64,000 bases of DNA from Balanoglossus misakiensis (Eukaryota; Animalia; Hemichordata), in contig CM082585.2 of the NCBI GenBank assembly GCA_040954595.2, positions 10,705,995 to 10,769,994 of the forward strand, given 5' to 3'. Positions 1-21,300 of the stretch are shown one piece after another (position 1 is the stretch's first letter; every line of letters begins with the position of its first letter). The position numbers were made by a program, and so were the translations under genes. The notes under the pieces were generated by a model. That model was not told the DNA's origin and ran no database searches. It saw only the letters and a program-made list of their open reading frames with translations.

Positions 1-208
1 AGTTGTACTCATTCATAGCCACTACAACCTCGTTTTTTTGTGTGGTAGGGTATTTACAACAAGGGTGTGTTAGAGATAATTTTGCCCCAGGGTACTGAAT
101 CCAAAGTCAGGCATGTGGTCAGAGATTAGCTGGAATGAATACCCAGTATAATGAGATGCTTTCACTTGCATTACAGTGGTTAATCTCACCTTGCTACCTT
201 CACTCCAG

Positions 209-3200
209 GGTCTTCAATCCCCAGCTAATTCCACCCAGAGTAAGTCCTTTCCTTTCTGTCATCAAAGTGAAAATCAACCTGGAGCAAGCGACAGTAGAGG
301 GTTCTGTGTTGAGGTATAATAGATACTGTCTCAGACTTTTGTATATCTTTTTTTCATGTTCACAGGCATAGCAGCAGCGGCGGCCATATCCATACCGAAA
401 GCCGGTGCAACTACAGCTATCCTAAGACCACACACTCAGACTATAGGGGGCGCCACTGGATCAACCACAACAGTACAGTCTGTCTTGTCAGCTCCCATCA
501 TTCCCCATTTCCAGGTATGTCATACATCTCTCCTCAAGTATACACCAGAGTTTGGCAGTGTTCTCCCAAAAAAATTCTGATAGAGTAGTGGCTAAATTGT
601 ATCTATCTATGGTACTGACACATTGTTGTTTGTAATTGTAGCATACACAGAGGTATTCCCCAGCACCGGTTCCTGTATCAACTACGATTCATTCTTGTAG
701 TGCCCAGGGAATCTCCAGGAGTTCCTCACCAGCGGTTACCACGGCAGCAGCACAATCAGAAATCCATAGGTAACCAATAACCTTATTCACAGAGAAACAT
801 TCTGTAGTATGTTTTACCATAGAAAACAATGTGTTTGGACTGAACCAAGGTAATAATAGGGTTATTACAAGCTAATGATGTGTTTCTATTTGCAGGTCAA
901 CCCATCACTTGCCTCCAACACTTGGGATGAGTCTCCAACCTCGACCACTGCCAACACCTCAACCACAACCACACTTACAACCACAAACACAACACCAAGC
1001 ACTCGCACAGGTACCTACGCTGTTACAGTCACAAAGCCAGACCCCACCACAAGTCACACACACCCCTCCAATACAGTTACCCAGTCCAACCCAGTTCGTG
1101 CCGCCCATACGCCAACAACTGCAACCGGATCTGGCACTTAGGACTATTCCATTATCTCAGCATATGCCCAAGTATGTCCCCTCGGTCACGCTACCTGGGA
1201 ATATCCCCAAACCCATCATTTCTGCCACGCCCAACGTAACAAGCATGCCTACAACACAACCCCCTCAGCAGACAGTTGTTACAGTGCCAGTGGTCAGTTC
1301 AGTATCAACAACATCAGGCCCGCCTCATACTATGTCCGTCACTTCGATGCCGTCTGTTCTGACGTCAGCCCCGATACAACTAGGTAAGTCATAGTTTTCC
1401 TATAGTTTTCCTGCCTTTTTGTGCACAATCTCCAGAAATGCAGAACAGTGTCTACCAAGAACAGGTAGATTTTCACAGGGCATTTCATGGTCTATCACAG
1501 GATATAATCCTTGCAAATCATTTTTGACACAGGTTCCATGTTGGCAGCTGTGAGGACTACCCCTGCAATATCCGCAGGCAATGTTACAAGTGCACAGTCA
1601 ACAACGCAGTCTACTCCGGCCACTGCACAAAGCATACCTGTTGGTAAGTTTTCTTGTTCTTATTTTTTGCCCATTGCCTGTCCATGATTTTTTTCCAAGC
1701 TCAGAAGACTTTAAGTTTTAAAGCTCCACTTTTTGTAATTTTGGACTATGTTTCAGTAACACAAGTCAATACTGAAGTGCCAATTGTTTTTATATCTGCA
1801 GCGAAAGTGTATCCACGTCAGCAGCTGCCTCATTCACCGCGGTCACAGCCAGAGTATGAAGCCCATCAACCAAGCAGTATATATTTGCCATTAGCAGCCA
1901 CGCATCGCGGTTCCCCCAATCCTGTAGCTGCAGCTGCTGCGTCGGTAGCTGCAGCAGTCAGTCTTGCCCAGACAGCTGCGTCAACAGACAGTAGATCTGA
2001 GCGGCCGATACAGGCTTTGCCGCAAACGGCGCCGTATCCTGGAATACCCTACTACTACCATCATGATCCTACAGCTTTGGGTAAGTTGGTGATGCATAAA
2101 AAGAGGGATGGTCTACAGCATAACTGTAATTTGTAAATAAAGATTTTGATGATCATATACCTAGCTGCTGTGGTACTGGTATCTCTCCATATTTGCTGAA
2201 TTCTGACACTGTTGGAGTATTGAATTGTTCGTTGAATGTATTGTTTTTGGTTTTCATTACAGCATCGTACCACGCAATGAGTCCTTACGCGTTGACATCA
2301 ATAGCTGCTGGTGCAGTCAGACCAAGTAAGTCGACTTTGTCTTTCCTCACCTGTAGAAACTGGTTCAAACCAGTTTGACACGTGTGCTTGGAAAAAATAT
2401 ATATTTGGTGTTAATCTTTTGCTTGGTGTTCTTCTTTGCATGTAATGTTGCATCCATTACAGTTTAAATTTTTTTGGTCGTCTATATACATGATAAAATT
2501 TTAATCAAAGAGAAATTTGGCATACTATGAACTATGATGTTATATACTACAGACTGAATAGTGATCTATGAACACGGGGGTTAATGTCTCAATTTTTTTG
2601 TATGATGCATGTCCACAACACAGAAATAGGGCATCCCACTTGTAGCAGAATTGTTTGTGTGCATTTTGTTGTGTAACACTTTTCTGGTTTACTGTGTGGT
2701 GAATTAACACTTTGCACTCCACTTTCCTCTTCTCTCTCTCTCTCTCTCTCAATTGCATGGGTAGTTGGTTTCAACCCCCTACCTGTTTCTTCAGCTCCCC
2801 AAGGTACACAGAACATGGCTGCAGCAGCTGTGGCTGCGGCCGCCCATGCAGCAACGGTGGGTGCAGCGCCCGTACGCATCGGTCCTATGAACTTGATGCC
2901 AGTAGATCAAAGGCACTGTATGGCTACAGTTCCAGGAACTGCAACAACTGCCACCACCAGTGAAGGTGGGCATTTGACATTTTGATGACCCTTTTTGTAA
3001 TTGTCATTTTTTGTTCCTTTTTGTTTCTTGAATATGGCAATTACCTGGAAAGTAACATGTCTGCACTGCACACCCTTTCCCTTATCCCTTACATGTTACA
3101 AAAAACTCAATAGCCTAGACATCCCTCAAACATTTGTGTTTGTTTCTTTGGTTTCACTGAATTGTTTTTTCTGTTCATTGCAGCAATGGACACAAGCGTC

Positions 3201-5420
3201 ACAGCCACCAGCATGTATCCATCGGGTGTTTTGGCCAGTGCAAACACAACAGCTGGTAACCTCCCGAACCCAAGTGCTTCACCAAGACCAAGTATTCTCA
3301 GAAAGAGAACCAATGAGGGGTAAGTACACACAGATTTTATTTAGAGAACTGAACATAGGCAACTGCTATAGTTTAACTGTTGCAGTAGAAAGTTAAACGG
3401 TATTTTATATTGTACATTGTGCTTGCCAGTGGTTTTTGTACCCTTCAGTCACATGTTGTATTTCAAATGCTGACATGTTTTCCTTTTGTGGCGGCAGAGT
3501 CAGAAAACCGGTAGTGAACACAGGTAGTCAGCCAGACAGTCCGAAGACGGACAGTTCTCAATCCACGCTATCAGCGACAAGTTCACCCAAACCAAGGTAA
3601 GATGGAAATCATTCTTTTCATGGAATGAATGATTCAGTATCTATTCGAGTGATTTGAACAGTTAGAAGGAAATTAAAACTACATATGTTGTTTCTCAAGA
3701 CAGCGAATAACTGTTTAACCACACTTGTTATTACAGTGACATTCTAAACCTCAGCCAACACAGTACTGAAATCAACATAACTGAGAACAGTACAAGTGTC
3801 CTGTCGTCTGTCGTCAACGAAATCAAAATCAAACGGGAACCTCTCACGCCCAGTCCCACTGAGGGCAGCCTTCAAATCAACACAACAGCTAGTCTTGTGC
3901 CGTCGATTGCCAGCACAGTCGTCACGGAAACCGTTGGTGCATCTCCGAGGAAGAAGCCAAGAAAACAACAGCATGTGTAAGTCTTTTTTATGTTCCTTGT
4001 GTAATCCTTCGACCTAGAGCAATGCAATATGTACATGGTGTGACGCAAGGCACAAGAAGAGCCCTTTGTTTATATTATCTACATTCATAGTAAACTTGCC
4101 TGATGTTTTGATTTTTGTATGTGTTGCAGTGTTGCCACAGAAGACCACGATATGATGGAGAGCAATTCCACTGATGAGGCTGATGAAAATGAGCAAAAAC
4201 CGCCAAAAATGTCGAAGAAATCTGATAAAACCAAAGAAGACAGCAAGAAAACTGCCAGAGGTATGAATTGTGGGATTCAAACACACCTCTTCACACAGCT
4301 TGAATCTCTTTTCTGTTTCTGTGTATAATAATTATGAATGTTCATATTTTCTGATGAACAGATGTGAAATACATCCAGTATTTGAAGAGACCGTACAAGA
4401 ATTTGATAGATTCTTACAGACAATCCTGGACTCCTGCCCACAATCACTTCCAGAAATACGGAGAAGTCAAGGTCAAAGGTCAGTAGTATGTGAATTTCCC
4501 CATAGCAAGAATAAAGAACTTGCATTTTTTAGAGTAGTAAGTTTGAGTATTGGGCAATAAAATACTGAACAGCGAATATTGAAGGCAATCAGGACTATTT
4601 GGTGTTATTATTATTGTATGTGCTCATCCAACTTACAGTTGCATTTTTTGTGCGTTATCTGATCGACTTCTCTTTGTATAGAAGATAAGAAACCTTCAAT
4701 ACAAGAAATAGCTGGCCAGAAGGGTGTGGTCCAGAAAGCAAGTGGATGGAAGATACAGCATATAGCCTCCCAGCTTGACGACCTGGTAAGAAACTGCAGT
4801 TGATGTACACAGGACAAAATCACTTGAATAATTTTGAGAGTACGAATCATTTAGTGTTTAATACAGTCACATGATTACTGACATGTGCCAATATTTTTTT
4901 TCAGGCCCATTCAGAACAGGATGTGTTTGCTAAGATGAAAGAGATCAAGGAAGGTATTGGCCCATGCAAGGAGAACTCAGTCAATTCAGATGATGAGATG
5001 TCTCAAGTTGCAGAACTTGTACAGGTAATTTTATATAATATATCCAGGGTAACATACTATTCCCAGAAAATCCTGGAACACTCCTAGAAAGTCTTTGAAG
5101 TACTGGAAAAAATATGCTGGAAAAATACTGTGCATTTCGTCATATTGTATGAAGTCAAACAAGAAACTGCAGTTGTTTATGTACTCCAAAAAAATTCAGA
5201 AAAATATCTGAAAATGAAATACATTGAAACTTTATAGCCTTTTTTCTCTGCTTTCCTTCAGGGTAACATACAAAGGTGTAAACTGGCCATGGAACAGATG
5301 TCCGAGGCAAGGCACTCCATGATCAAATTACTCGACCACAAACAGAAAGTGGTCAGCCTTCTCAACAAACACACCAACAAACGCAGCTCCAAGAAGAAAA
5401 GCAGCAACAGTAACACATAG
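209..5420 (+). CDS. SAP130: Sin3A-associated protein 130 (histone deacetylase complex subunit), multi-exon, 5'-partial
   Basis: About 16 GT-AG exons. P/T/Q/A-rich low-complexity region, then SPRKKPRKQQHV.TEDHDMMESNSTDE and a C-terminal region (SYRQSWTPAHNHFQKYGEVKVKE..KPSIQEIAGQKGV.QKASGWKIQHIASQLDDL..VQGNIQRCKL) matching SAP130 as recalled. Stop TAG at 5418-5420. The start lies left of the window. Confidence 0.9.
777..865. mobile_element. Same MITE family, degenerate copy (SAP130 intron)
   Basis: Core TTACCATAGAAAACAATGTGTTTGGACTGAACCA..AGGGTTA matches the family interior. Confidence 0.6.
2725..2750. repeat. (CT)n microsatellite / polypyrimidine tract in SAP130 intron
   Basis: Directly visible in the sequence. 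Confidence 0.85.
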
Positions 5421-5695
5421 CAGAAATGTATTATAACAGAAATCTATTAAACTAGTCAATTTTGTACGTGTATCCTATAGCGCGGTACATGTCATCAAGA
5501 TTCTTTCAAGATGGAATGCTTTTTTCTTCCATCTTTACTGTATAGTTTTTAAAAAGATTCACATTTCAAAACAAGTGTACCATATTTAAATACTGTATTA
5601 AAAAGAAACGGTTTCCTGATTATTTTGATTATATTTTTTCTGTTTTTGTAGAAAGGCGTTTTTAAGAAAACTTCAAAGAAGTTTGGCCGACATGA

Positions 5696-5787
5696 AATCT
5701 TTCACCCCCATATCCCATTGTAATGGGCTGTACTGTGGGGTTGAACACAATGGGATTGGACCAAAGTTTTGGCGATGAAAGGGTGGA
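5696..5787. mobile_element. Same MITE family, degenerate copy (SAP130 3' UTR)
   Basis: CTTTCACCCCCA..ACAATGGGATTGGACCAAA..GATGAAAGGGT. Confidence 0.5.
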
Positions 5788-7687
5788 TAAGTGTAAACTG
5801 TTTAGAAAGAACTTTGTAAATATTTTGTTCAGAGACAGAACTGGATTGATAATCTGAAGCAGACAAGTCGCACCCAGTTTTGATGGTCAGTAGCTGTTAT
5901 AACAAGCTGTCCAACTGTGTTTGTAGGATGTTTCTATATGAAGGTTTTTTTATTAAAGTCCATTCAAATTGATTTGGTAGTCCATTGTAAGAGAGACCAA
6001 GAATGCAAGTTTTAGGTCCTGGCTATTTATGTACCGAAGATATATTCTTTTTTAAAACCTATCATTTCTGACAATACTCTACATGTATGCACTGTATATA
6101 ATCTGAGATCAACTGATGAATTTTTCACTGCCTCTGAATGCTTGGTGTACAGTCCAGTTTTATCATCACACGATAGTACATGCAACATGGATGTGAACAG
6201 TTTTTAAGTTTCTCTGCTCACAGTAGGATAGTCCCTCTTTTTTTTTTTGCAGTGCTTGTAGAGTTAGACAATGTTATTTTCTGTACAAAGAAATTAAATA
6301 CACAATTTTCTATAATAGGGTGTGTGAGTGATGTTCATTTGCCTGTGGACCAATTTCATCATTAATGATTCTTTTTTCTATAACAGGTTATTCAGTGTAG
6401 TCAAAGGTCAGACTTCACCATGTAGATCAGTGGTGGTGGTGGTGGTGGTAACAGTGTAGCTGGGAATCACAGTAAGCTGCGTCTTAGTTGGGAACTGAAT
6501 TTGTCATCAGAAATATCCTATGGCAGCACCATGAAGGAAAGAGACAGTTGATATCATGGGGTAGGTTTGTGGAAGGCATCTGTCGTGTAAGAATTTAGTC
6601 CAAATCCAAATGAAATTGTTATCTCAATGAATGCAAAGAAAACAGTATCCTTTTCTTGGCACATCTCACTTATTGACTTGTGTGCATGGTTTATTGTAAG
6701 ATTTTCCCTACGATCAAGCATATATCAAAAGCCTTAAAGGAAAATATTCTGGATCAAATGGCAACTGACCAAAGATATCACAACTACATATCTGCATCAA
6801 ATTATGTTTTATCCTGCAAAATGCAGTTTCAAAGGCTTTTATTTGTCATTTAAATCTTGCATGTACTGATTAAAAGCACCTATGTTGGCATTTTTTGCAC
6901 GTATACAAATATTACCTTTTAATATATTCTAATAGCCACTATGATTTTCATTTGAGGACACGTAAACTATGCCATTGCTAACATTCCCGGGTACAACAAC
7001 AATTTTTAAACAAATTTCTGAAGGTTTTTCTTTTGATTTAGTCGGTGCTTCCTCAGATCTTCAAAATCAACACCTATGATCATTTTTGCGAATCAAATCA
7101 GTGTGTTTAAATAAGAAAATATAGTACAGCAATATACAGCTACATTACAACTTGACAAGATGAAGCACTATGGGAAAATGAGAGACAGAGATAGAAGTAC
7201 AAAGCTATGGCATCTCTGTTTTTGTTCAGATAAGCTTTCTGCTAAGTTGCAACAACTTAAATGTTTGCATTTCTATGCAGTATAAGGGAAATTTTTTTAT
7301 ACATATATCTGCAGAGTGAAAGTAACTTTTACATACACCAACCATAAACAGTAAAGGTTCTAACAATTTCATATCTATTAAATATATCTTTCTAGGACTT
7401 CTCAAGCAGAAATGTCAGCATGCTAATTAGCACAAAATTAGCATGCAAATCTTGACACGAATATTCAGTGCTGACTCTTGATAGGTTACTGGTCCTGTGA
7501 TGTCACTAATCATATGCATGCTTTACAAACACTCTCCAACACGCATCACACTACAGATACACAACTTTATACTGCATTTTAGAATACAGTCTGTTGAAAA
7601 CTGTCAAGTGGAAAGATGCAATTGCTATTATACTGTTAAAATTCAAAGTGGTGACTTTTCATGAGCTGTCTTGTATAAATAATATCT

Positions 7688-15841
<8,154 letters not shown>

Positions 15842-18393
15842 GTCGTCTAATGACCTGTGTATCCTTTACATGCACAACGCGTAATGCACGAAAGACCAGG
15901 GACCTGTCGATTGGTGGCGCTATATATCCCAGTGGGTGCATTCAAGTTCACGATTGTTTGTATAACAAAATTAATATGATCTACATTTGTATTTCGTATG
16001 ATTTGTGTATTAGTTTCGACTATTTACTCCCGTAACTTCAACTTTGGGCTAATTTATCAGTATTTTCTTTGCTTTTGGGTATCAACTGGATTTTCTTGTT
16101 TTACTCTGAAAGAAAAACTTGAAGTAGGCCTACTGCAGAATACTATTACTATTTAGTTTTTGTCCAGAGTAGAACAAGATATCGGTTTGTAAATTACTGG
16201 GGCTTTAAATAATTTAGATATTATCGCCTTGATTTTATCATAGGAATTTTTGTATTTGTCTGGCATTTATTTTTTTCATCACTATGACTTCAGGAACTGA
16301 TGCGATTCTTCAGCCCAGATCGGTCAATTTCCAAAGTTGCGGACCCAGTCATGGGTCACCCCTCTCTCCTCTTATATTTATGTTCGAACTTACAAGGACT
16401 TTTGACAAAAAACACTGAATCAATGATGTTAGGAATGATTCACTTTCCTGCACACCTGGTTGAAAACGACCGCCAATAAATGCGAACAGTTTCATGGGGT
16501 GGTATTAAAGTTGTATCAGATGTGAATATACTTTCAAATGTGAATATATTTCAAATAGAAAATATACTTTTTGCACATACATTTTTAAGTTTTGGGAGGA
16601 TTAGAGTTTATTGCCGAATCGCAAGACATCTTAATATCCGAATAATAAAATTGACAACCCCGAGGGAACACAAAGAAGGCACGAAAAATGGGTCAAAAAG
16701 TTAATGTCTCCAAACACAGTGAATGCGCTCGTGCCGCCATTTTGGAAATCTTTGGATCGACCGGTGGATCATTTTTTGTGTGCTTTTATCGCAAAAAAAA
16801 CCACGAATATTTATACATCGCAATTCATGAGATCAGTTATAAAGACACATTTTAAAGCCCCCGCGTCGAAGATACGGGCCACTCCCTCATATCATGCAGA
16901 CAGCATTGTAACCTTTGACTTTTAACCTTCAGTAAGAAGACGGGGAAACAATTTTAAAATTCGGCAATTTTCAGCCAAGTTTCTTTTTTGCTTTATTTTT
17001 TTAATATGTAGCATTTAAAAGGTTAGGTTTTCACGATAAAGATAATTTTAACAAGGCGGTTTACAATGAAACGGAAGTGAGCCGCACATTACGTCATTTT
17101 TCGGGTTTTCATACCTCAGACACACGGGCATGTCTATTTACATAATAATATAGGGATCTGTCTGCAAGAAGTGGCACCTTGTAAATACACAAAATATACC
17201 ACTCTGCTTCGATTAATACAGAATTTCTCAAGGCATATCACGCCGCATAGGAATAATCCACCTAAAAATAGGTATGTTCGAGATTTTTTTCATGTGGAAA
17301 ACATGCAAGTTCATAGTTTTAGGCAAGCTGTTGCGTATGTAAGTTCCCAGTGGCGGCCATCTTGGATGTTTTTGCCTCGACGATGTGCAAGAAAACGGGA
17401 GTGTTTTTCGTTGTTGTTGTATTTCTGAATGGTGATTAGCAAGAGAATGTTTGAATATGATATAAACAATGGGACGCATCAACGATTTGTAGATCTGTGT
17501 TGGCTTTGTAGCAAAATACGCATTTGAAGTTTCGTTTTCATTGCGACTGCGCTGTGTGATCATGATGAAAAAATGAATGTCACGTATGGGGTTGGTGGTT
17601 CATATATACTAGGAATGGAATGGAAAGTAAAAGATTCCTTGACGCATAATGTTTTTAAACCATTTTATGGATGCGTTAACGTCTCCGTCATGCGCATGAT
17701 TTACAGTGAACTTGATTAGACGTGAAATCATAAAAACTCTGGACTGCCAAGAGTGCCACTATGTACCGGTGTCTGGCACGTCTGTGGTGTTGCCTTTATT
17801 GTGTCAGACACTGAGATTAGAACCGGGAAGTATAACCGTAATAATTGGTAAATCCTTCAAGAATCGAAAGTTTCCTTTATGAAGCCTCTGTTTCTATAAA
17901 CATTGTTTTAGTGAGACTGTAGTTGGAATGCAAATGTTTACGGTAAGCTCAGAATTTCCCAAGCAGTCATGGCTATGAAGGTGTTTTAGTTGTATTGACT
18001 CTATTGTGAATATAATCAGCTGATTGTGTATTGTTTGTATTGCTACCACGACCTGCATGTGTCATGATGTGTGGGAGGCATGGATTACATTTTTGAGGTC
18101 AACACTCGGACAAATTTTGTTAGGGGCGACTGAAATAAAACATAGTCATTAATTTCGCACATGTAAATATGTTTTTTTAAACGTGTTTATTTCAAAAGAT
18201 AAATTATATAAGTTGCTACATTCCCTACATATCCCAAATACATTCAAAATAGATGAAATTTATTTTTTTCTGTTTTATTTAAAGGGGGTGAGATGTATCC
18301 AAGAGTCATCTTCATGCCATTAGAGAAGAAAAGTGAAGATTAATCTCAAATTTGAAGAATCTCTACCAAGGAGTCAATATTTGTCCCATAAAT
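15842..18393. promoter_or_regulatory. Divergent PCCA/USP9X promoter region plus USP9X 5' UTR and first intron
   Basis: The start codons diverge (15841 on -, 18394 on +). The region is locally CpG-rich against depleted flanks. YY1-type GCCGCCATTTT at 16733 and GCGGCCATCTTG at 17353, ETS CGGAAGTG at 17072, CRE-like TTACGTCA at 17089, candidate UTR donor GTAAGT at 17339. Confidence 0.6.
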
Positions 18394-21300
18394 ATGACGA
18401 TATCAATGAGGGGGAGCCCCCAAGGCCAGGGAAGCGGCGATGGAAATCCAGATCCCACACAGTCTGGGGGTCAGGCTCCAAACCCACAGAATTCCCCACC
18501 ACAGCAAGGCCAAGGGCAATCTCCAGTGCAGGGACCGTCGCAGCAGGGGCAACAGCAGCCTTCACAACCGGTACAGGGGCAACAACAGCAGCAGGGACAA
18601 CAACCGCCACAGATGTCAACATCGACATCTTCATCCCAGCTGCAGCAACCTCAAACACCGCAGTCAGGTCAACCACCGGTAAGTTACCCCGCAGAGGACA
18701 TGCAGCTATTTATATCAATGAACGGTTCATACAAATAGAACTGAAAGTGAAATGAACGTGTATGTTATATATGCTGTGAATTTTGTAGCAAATTTCATTT
18801 GCCAGATATTTGTGTTCTCAGAGCAGTTGTCATTTACAGTCCTTCTTGGCAGTCCTTCTAAGATTTTGCAACAATCCCGTCACACAAAAAAAGAACAGAT
18901 TATGAGGTTAACATTTATTACCTCCTGGACGCCGTTTTAGTGGTATTTAGGTCAAATTGTTGTGCGAAGACAAAGATCTTTTGCATTTTCAAATTCTAAG
19001 AGTTTATTGCAGTGGTCATGTGCTTACTTTGTTAAAAAGCTGGTGTTGTTTTGTGAGTACCTATTCAGTATTTGATGTTATGCAAACATAATTAACACCA
19101 GTCCACAAATAAAAGCTGTGAAAGTGATTAGCATATAACAGACTTGTGCTAGTTTCCTATGTAATGTAGTTGGGTCTTGGTGGGGTTCCTAGATGTAAGG
19201 ATCTGTGTAGTTCAGCTGTTTTTAATTAGTCATTTGCTATGTCGTTATGAGACAATCTGATCCAGAGAATCACAAATAGTGCAGGTATATTTTTAACCAT
19301 ATGACCTTGTGACCTCATCACTGATGTGCTGCCCAGGCATGCATACAGCCTTGATTTTATGTTATATTTTACCTGTCACATGATAATCATTAAAAAACTG
19401 ATGTATTTAAAGTTGTCATGATAATGATAATGATGCATATTTGAGCTTTGAGCGAAATTTGTATTTCACCCCAAAATTAATATGTGTGTAATTAATATTT
19501 GATAGTTAAAACTGAAATTGAATAGAGCTGTGTATCAATGTCCTTCCTGATATACATGCTCGTTCATCATTAATTCATTGTCTGGGATATTTTCATGAAG
19601 GAAAATTTAAATAAATCACCATGCAATGCAGAGCTGTGACAATATCCATATCAGGACAAAATAAATTTGCAAAAACTCCTGCCATACCCGATTGAGTTTG
19701 TTTATCAGAGCGTGAATTATTTTGTGCGAATGCAGGAAGAAGCAAGTGGTGATGTGGATGATCCACCCGAGTTGGCAGATGATCAGGAACCTGACTTTCC
19801 TCACGCTGAATTGGCAAAACTGGAGGATATGATCAACCGACCAAGATGGGTTGTTCCTGTGCTGCCCAAGGGAGAGCTGGAAATTCTGCTTGATGCCTCG
19901 ATTGATCTCTGCAAGAAAGGTATGAGTCATTTGTTCATGTTCTCTCTGTCTGATCTACGGTTGTCTCAGGTAATTTATTGGCTGGATGGCTTACCAAGTG
20001 TTCTGCTATCTGGAAAGCATGCAGGAATCCTATTGAAATTTTCATCATGAGCTCAATCAGAATGTAGGCTATTAGGTGTAATACCGCGTATACAGGAATG
20101 TGTCCCAGAAGTGATCATGAATAGCAAGTAAACAGCTTGGAGAAAGTCGTTTTCATGTTAATGATGACAAGGCTCTTTAGATAGGTCATTCAGACCTAGA
20201 TGATGATAAATCTGTGAGCTGTACACCCCGATCTGAAACATGAAAACTCCTGAAATTCATGACAGTCATGTTCTTGTCTTCTGCAAATAAGTGTGCATAT
20301 TTCAAGCTGCAACCAGTGTTCATATCACAAGAAAGCTCCCAGCAGAGTCAATTGGAAGAAATCAAGAAACTAATATGTCGTCTTTTGCTTGTGATTGCTG
20401 TTAGGGATGGACATCCGGAGTGAAGCCTGTCAGAGATTTTTCCGGGATGGTCTCACAACATCATTTACAAAAATACTTACAGATGAAGCTGTCAGTGGTT
20501 GGAAATTTGAAATTCATGTAAGTATGGACCTCACCTGCGAATTTACATGTACCTTTGTTGACAAAATCATTGTATAGTTGTATACTTTTGACCCTTTCAC
20601 CCCCAGTTGCCTCTTTAGAGGTCCAACCTTTCCATGGAAAACAATAGATTCTTCTATAGGTTTTCTCTTGACACGTTTATGTAACGGTTTGTGATATTTT
20701 TTTCGCCAACAGCGTTGCATCATGAGGAATGCAGAAAGGCTAATAGAACTGTGTGTGACGAAACTGTCACAAGACTGGATGCCACTGTTGGATCTCCTGG
20801 CTATGGGTCTCAATCCTCTCTCAAAGTGAGTGCATGTACTTGAAATCTCAAAATTCAGCCTTACCTATGTCTGTCTGTCTCTCTGTCTCTCTGTCTGCGT
20901 GTAATTTGTTTATGACAAATTTGTTTATGCTCATCTTACAGATTCCATATTTACAATGGTACAAGGCCATCAGAAACAGTTCCTGCTGGTACTCAGGTGA
21001 GAACAGACTTAATAATACACAAGGGCTTTCTCAGTAGAATCTCTTAAGTTTCATGCACGAAGGGCAGTTGTCTGAAAGATCCATTCATTCTTTGTTTTTA
21101 TTTTTACAGATTCTTGATGATGAACTGTACGCCAGACCTCCAGATGCCAGAACTCCTAAGGTATGAAGTGTATGACCTCCTGTGCTCTTCTTCAGACAAA
21201 ATTAGCATAGGTTGTGTCCTCTAAACAAGATTAGATCAGGTCATGTCATCAAAACACATTAAGCAGATGTGGTGTTGTGAAATTTATAAATAGCCACAGA

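Noticed and set aside
18064-18133. Second C/D snoRNA candidate upstream of the USP9X start
   Set aside because: Box C is imperfect (ATGATGT), there is no C' box and no convincing terminal stem.
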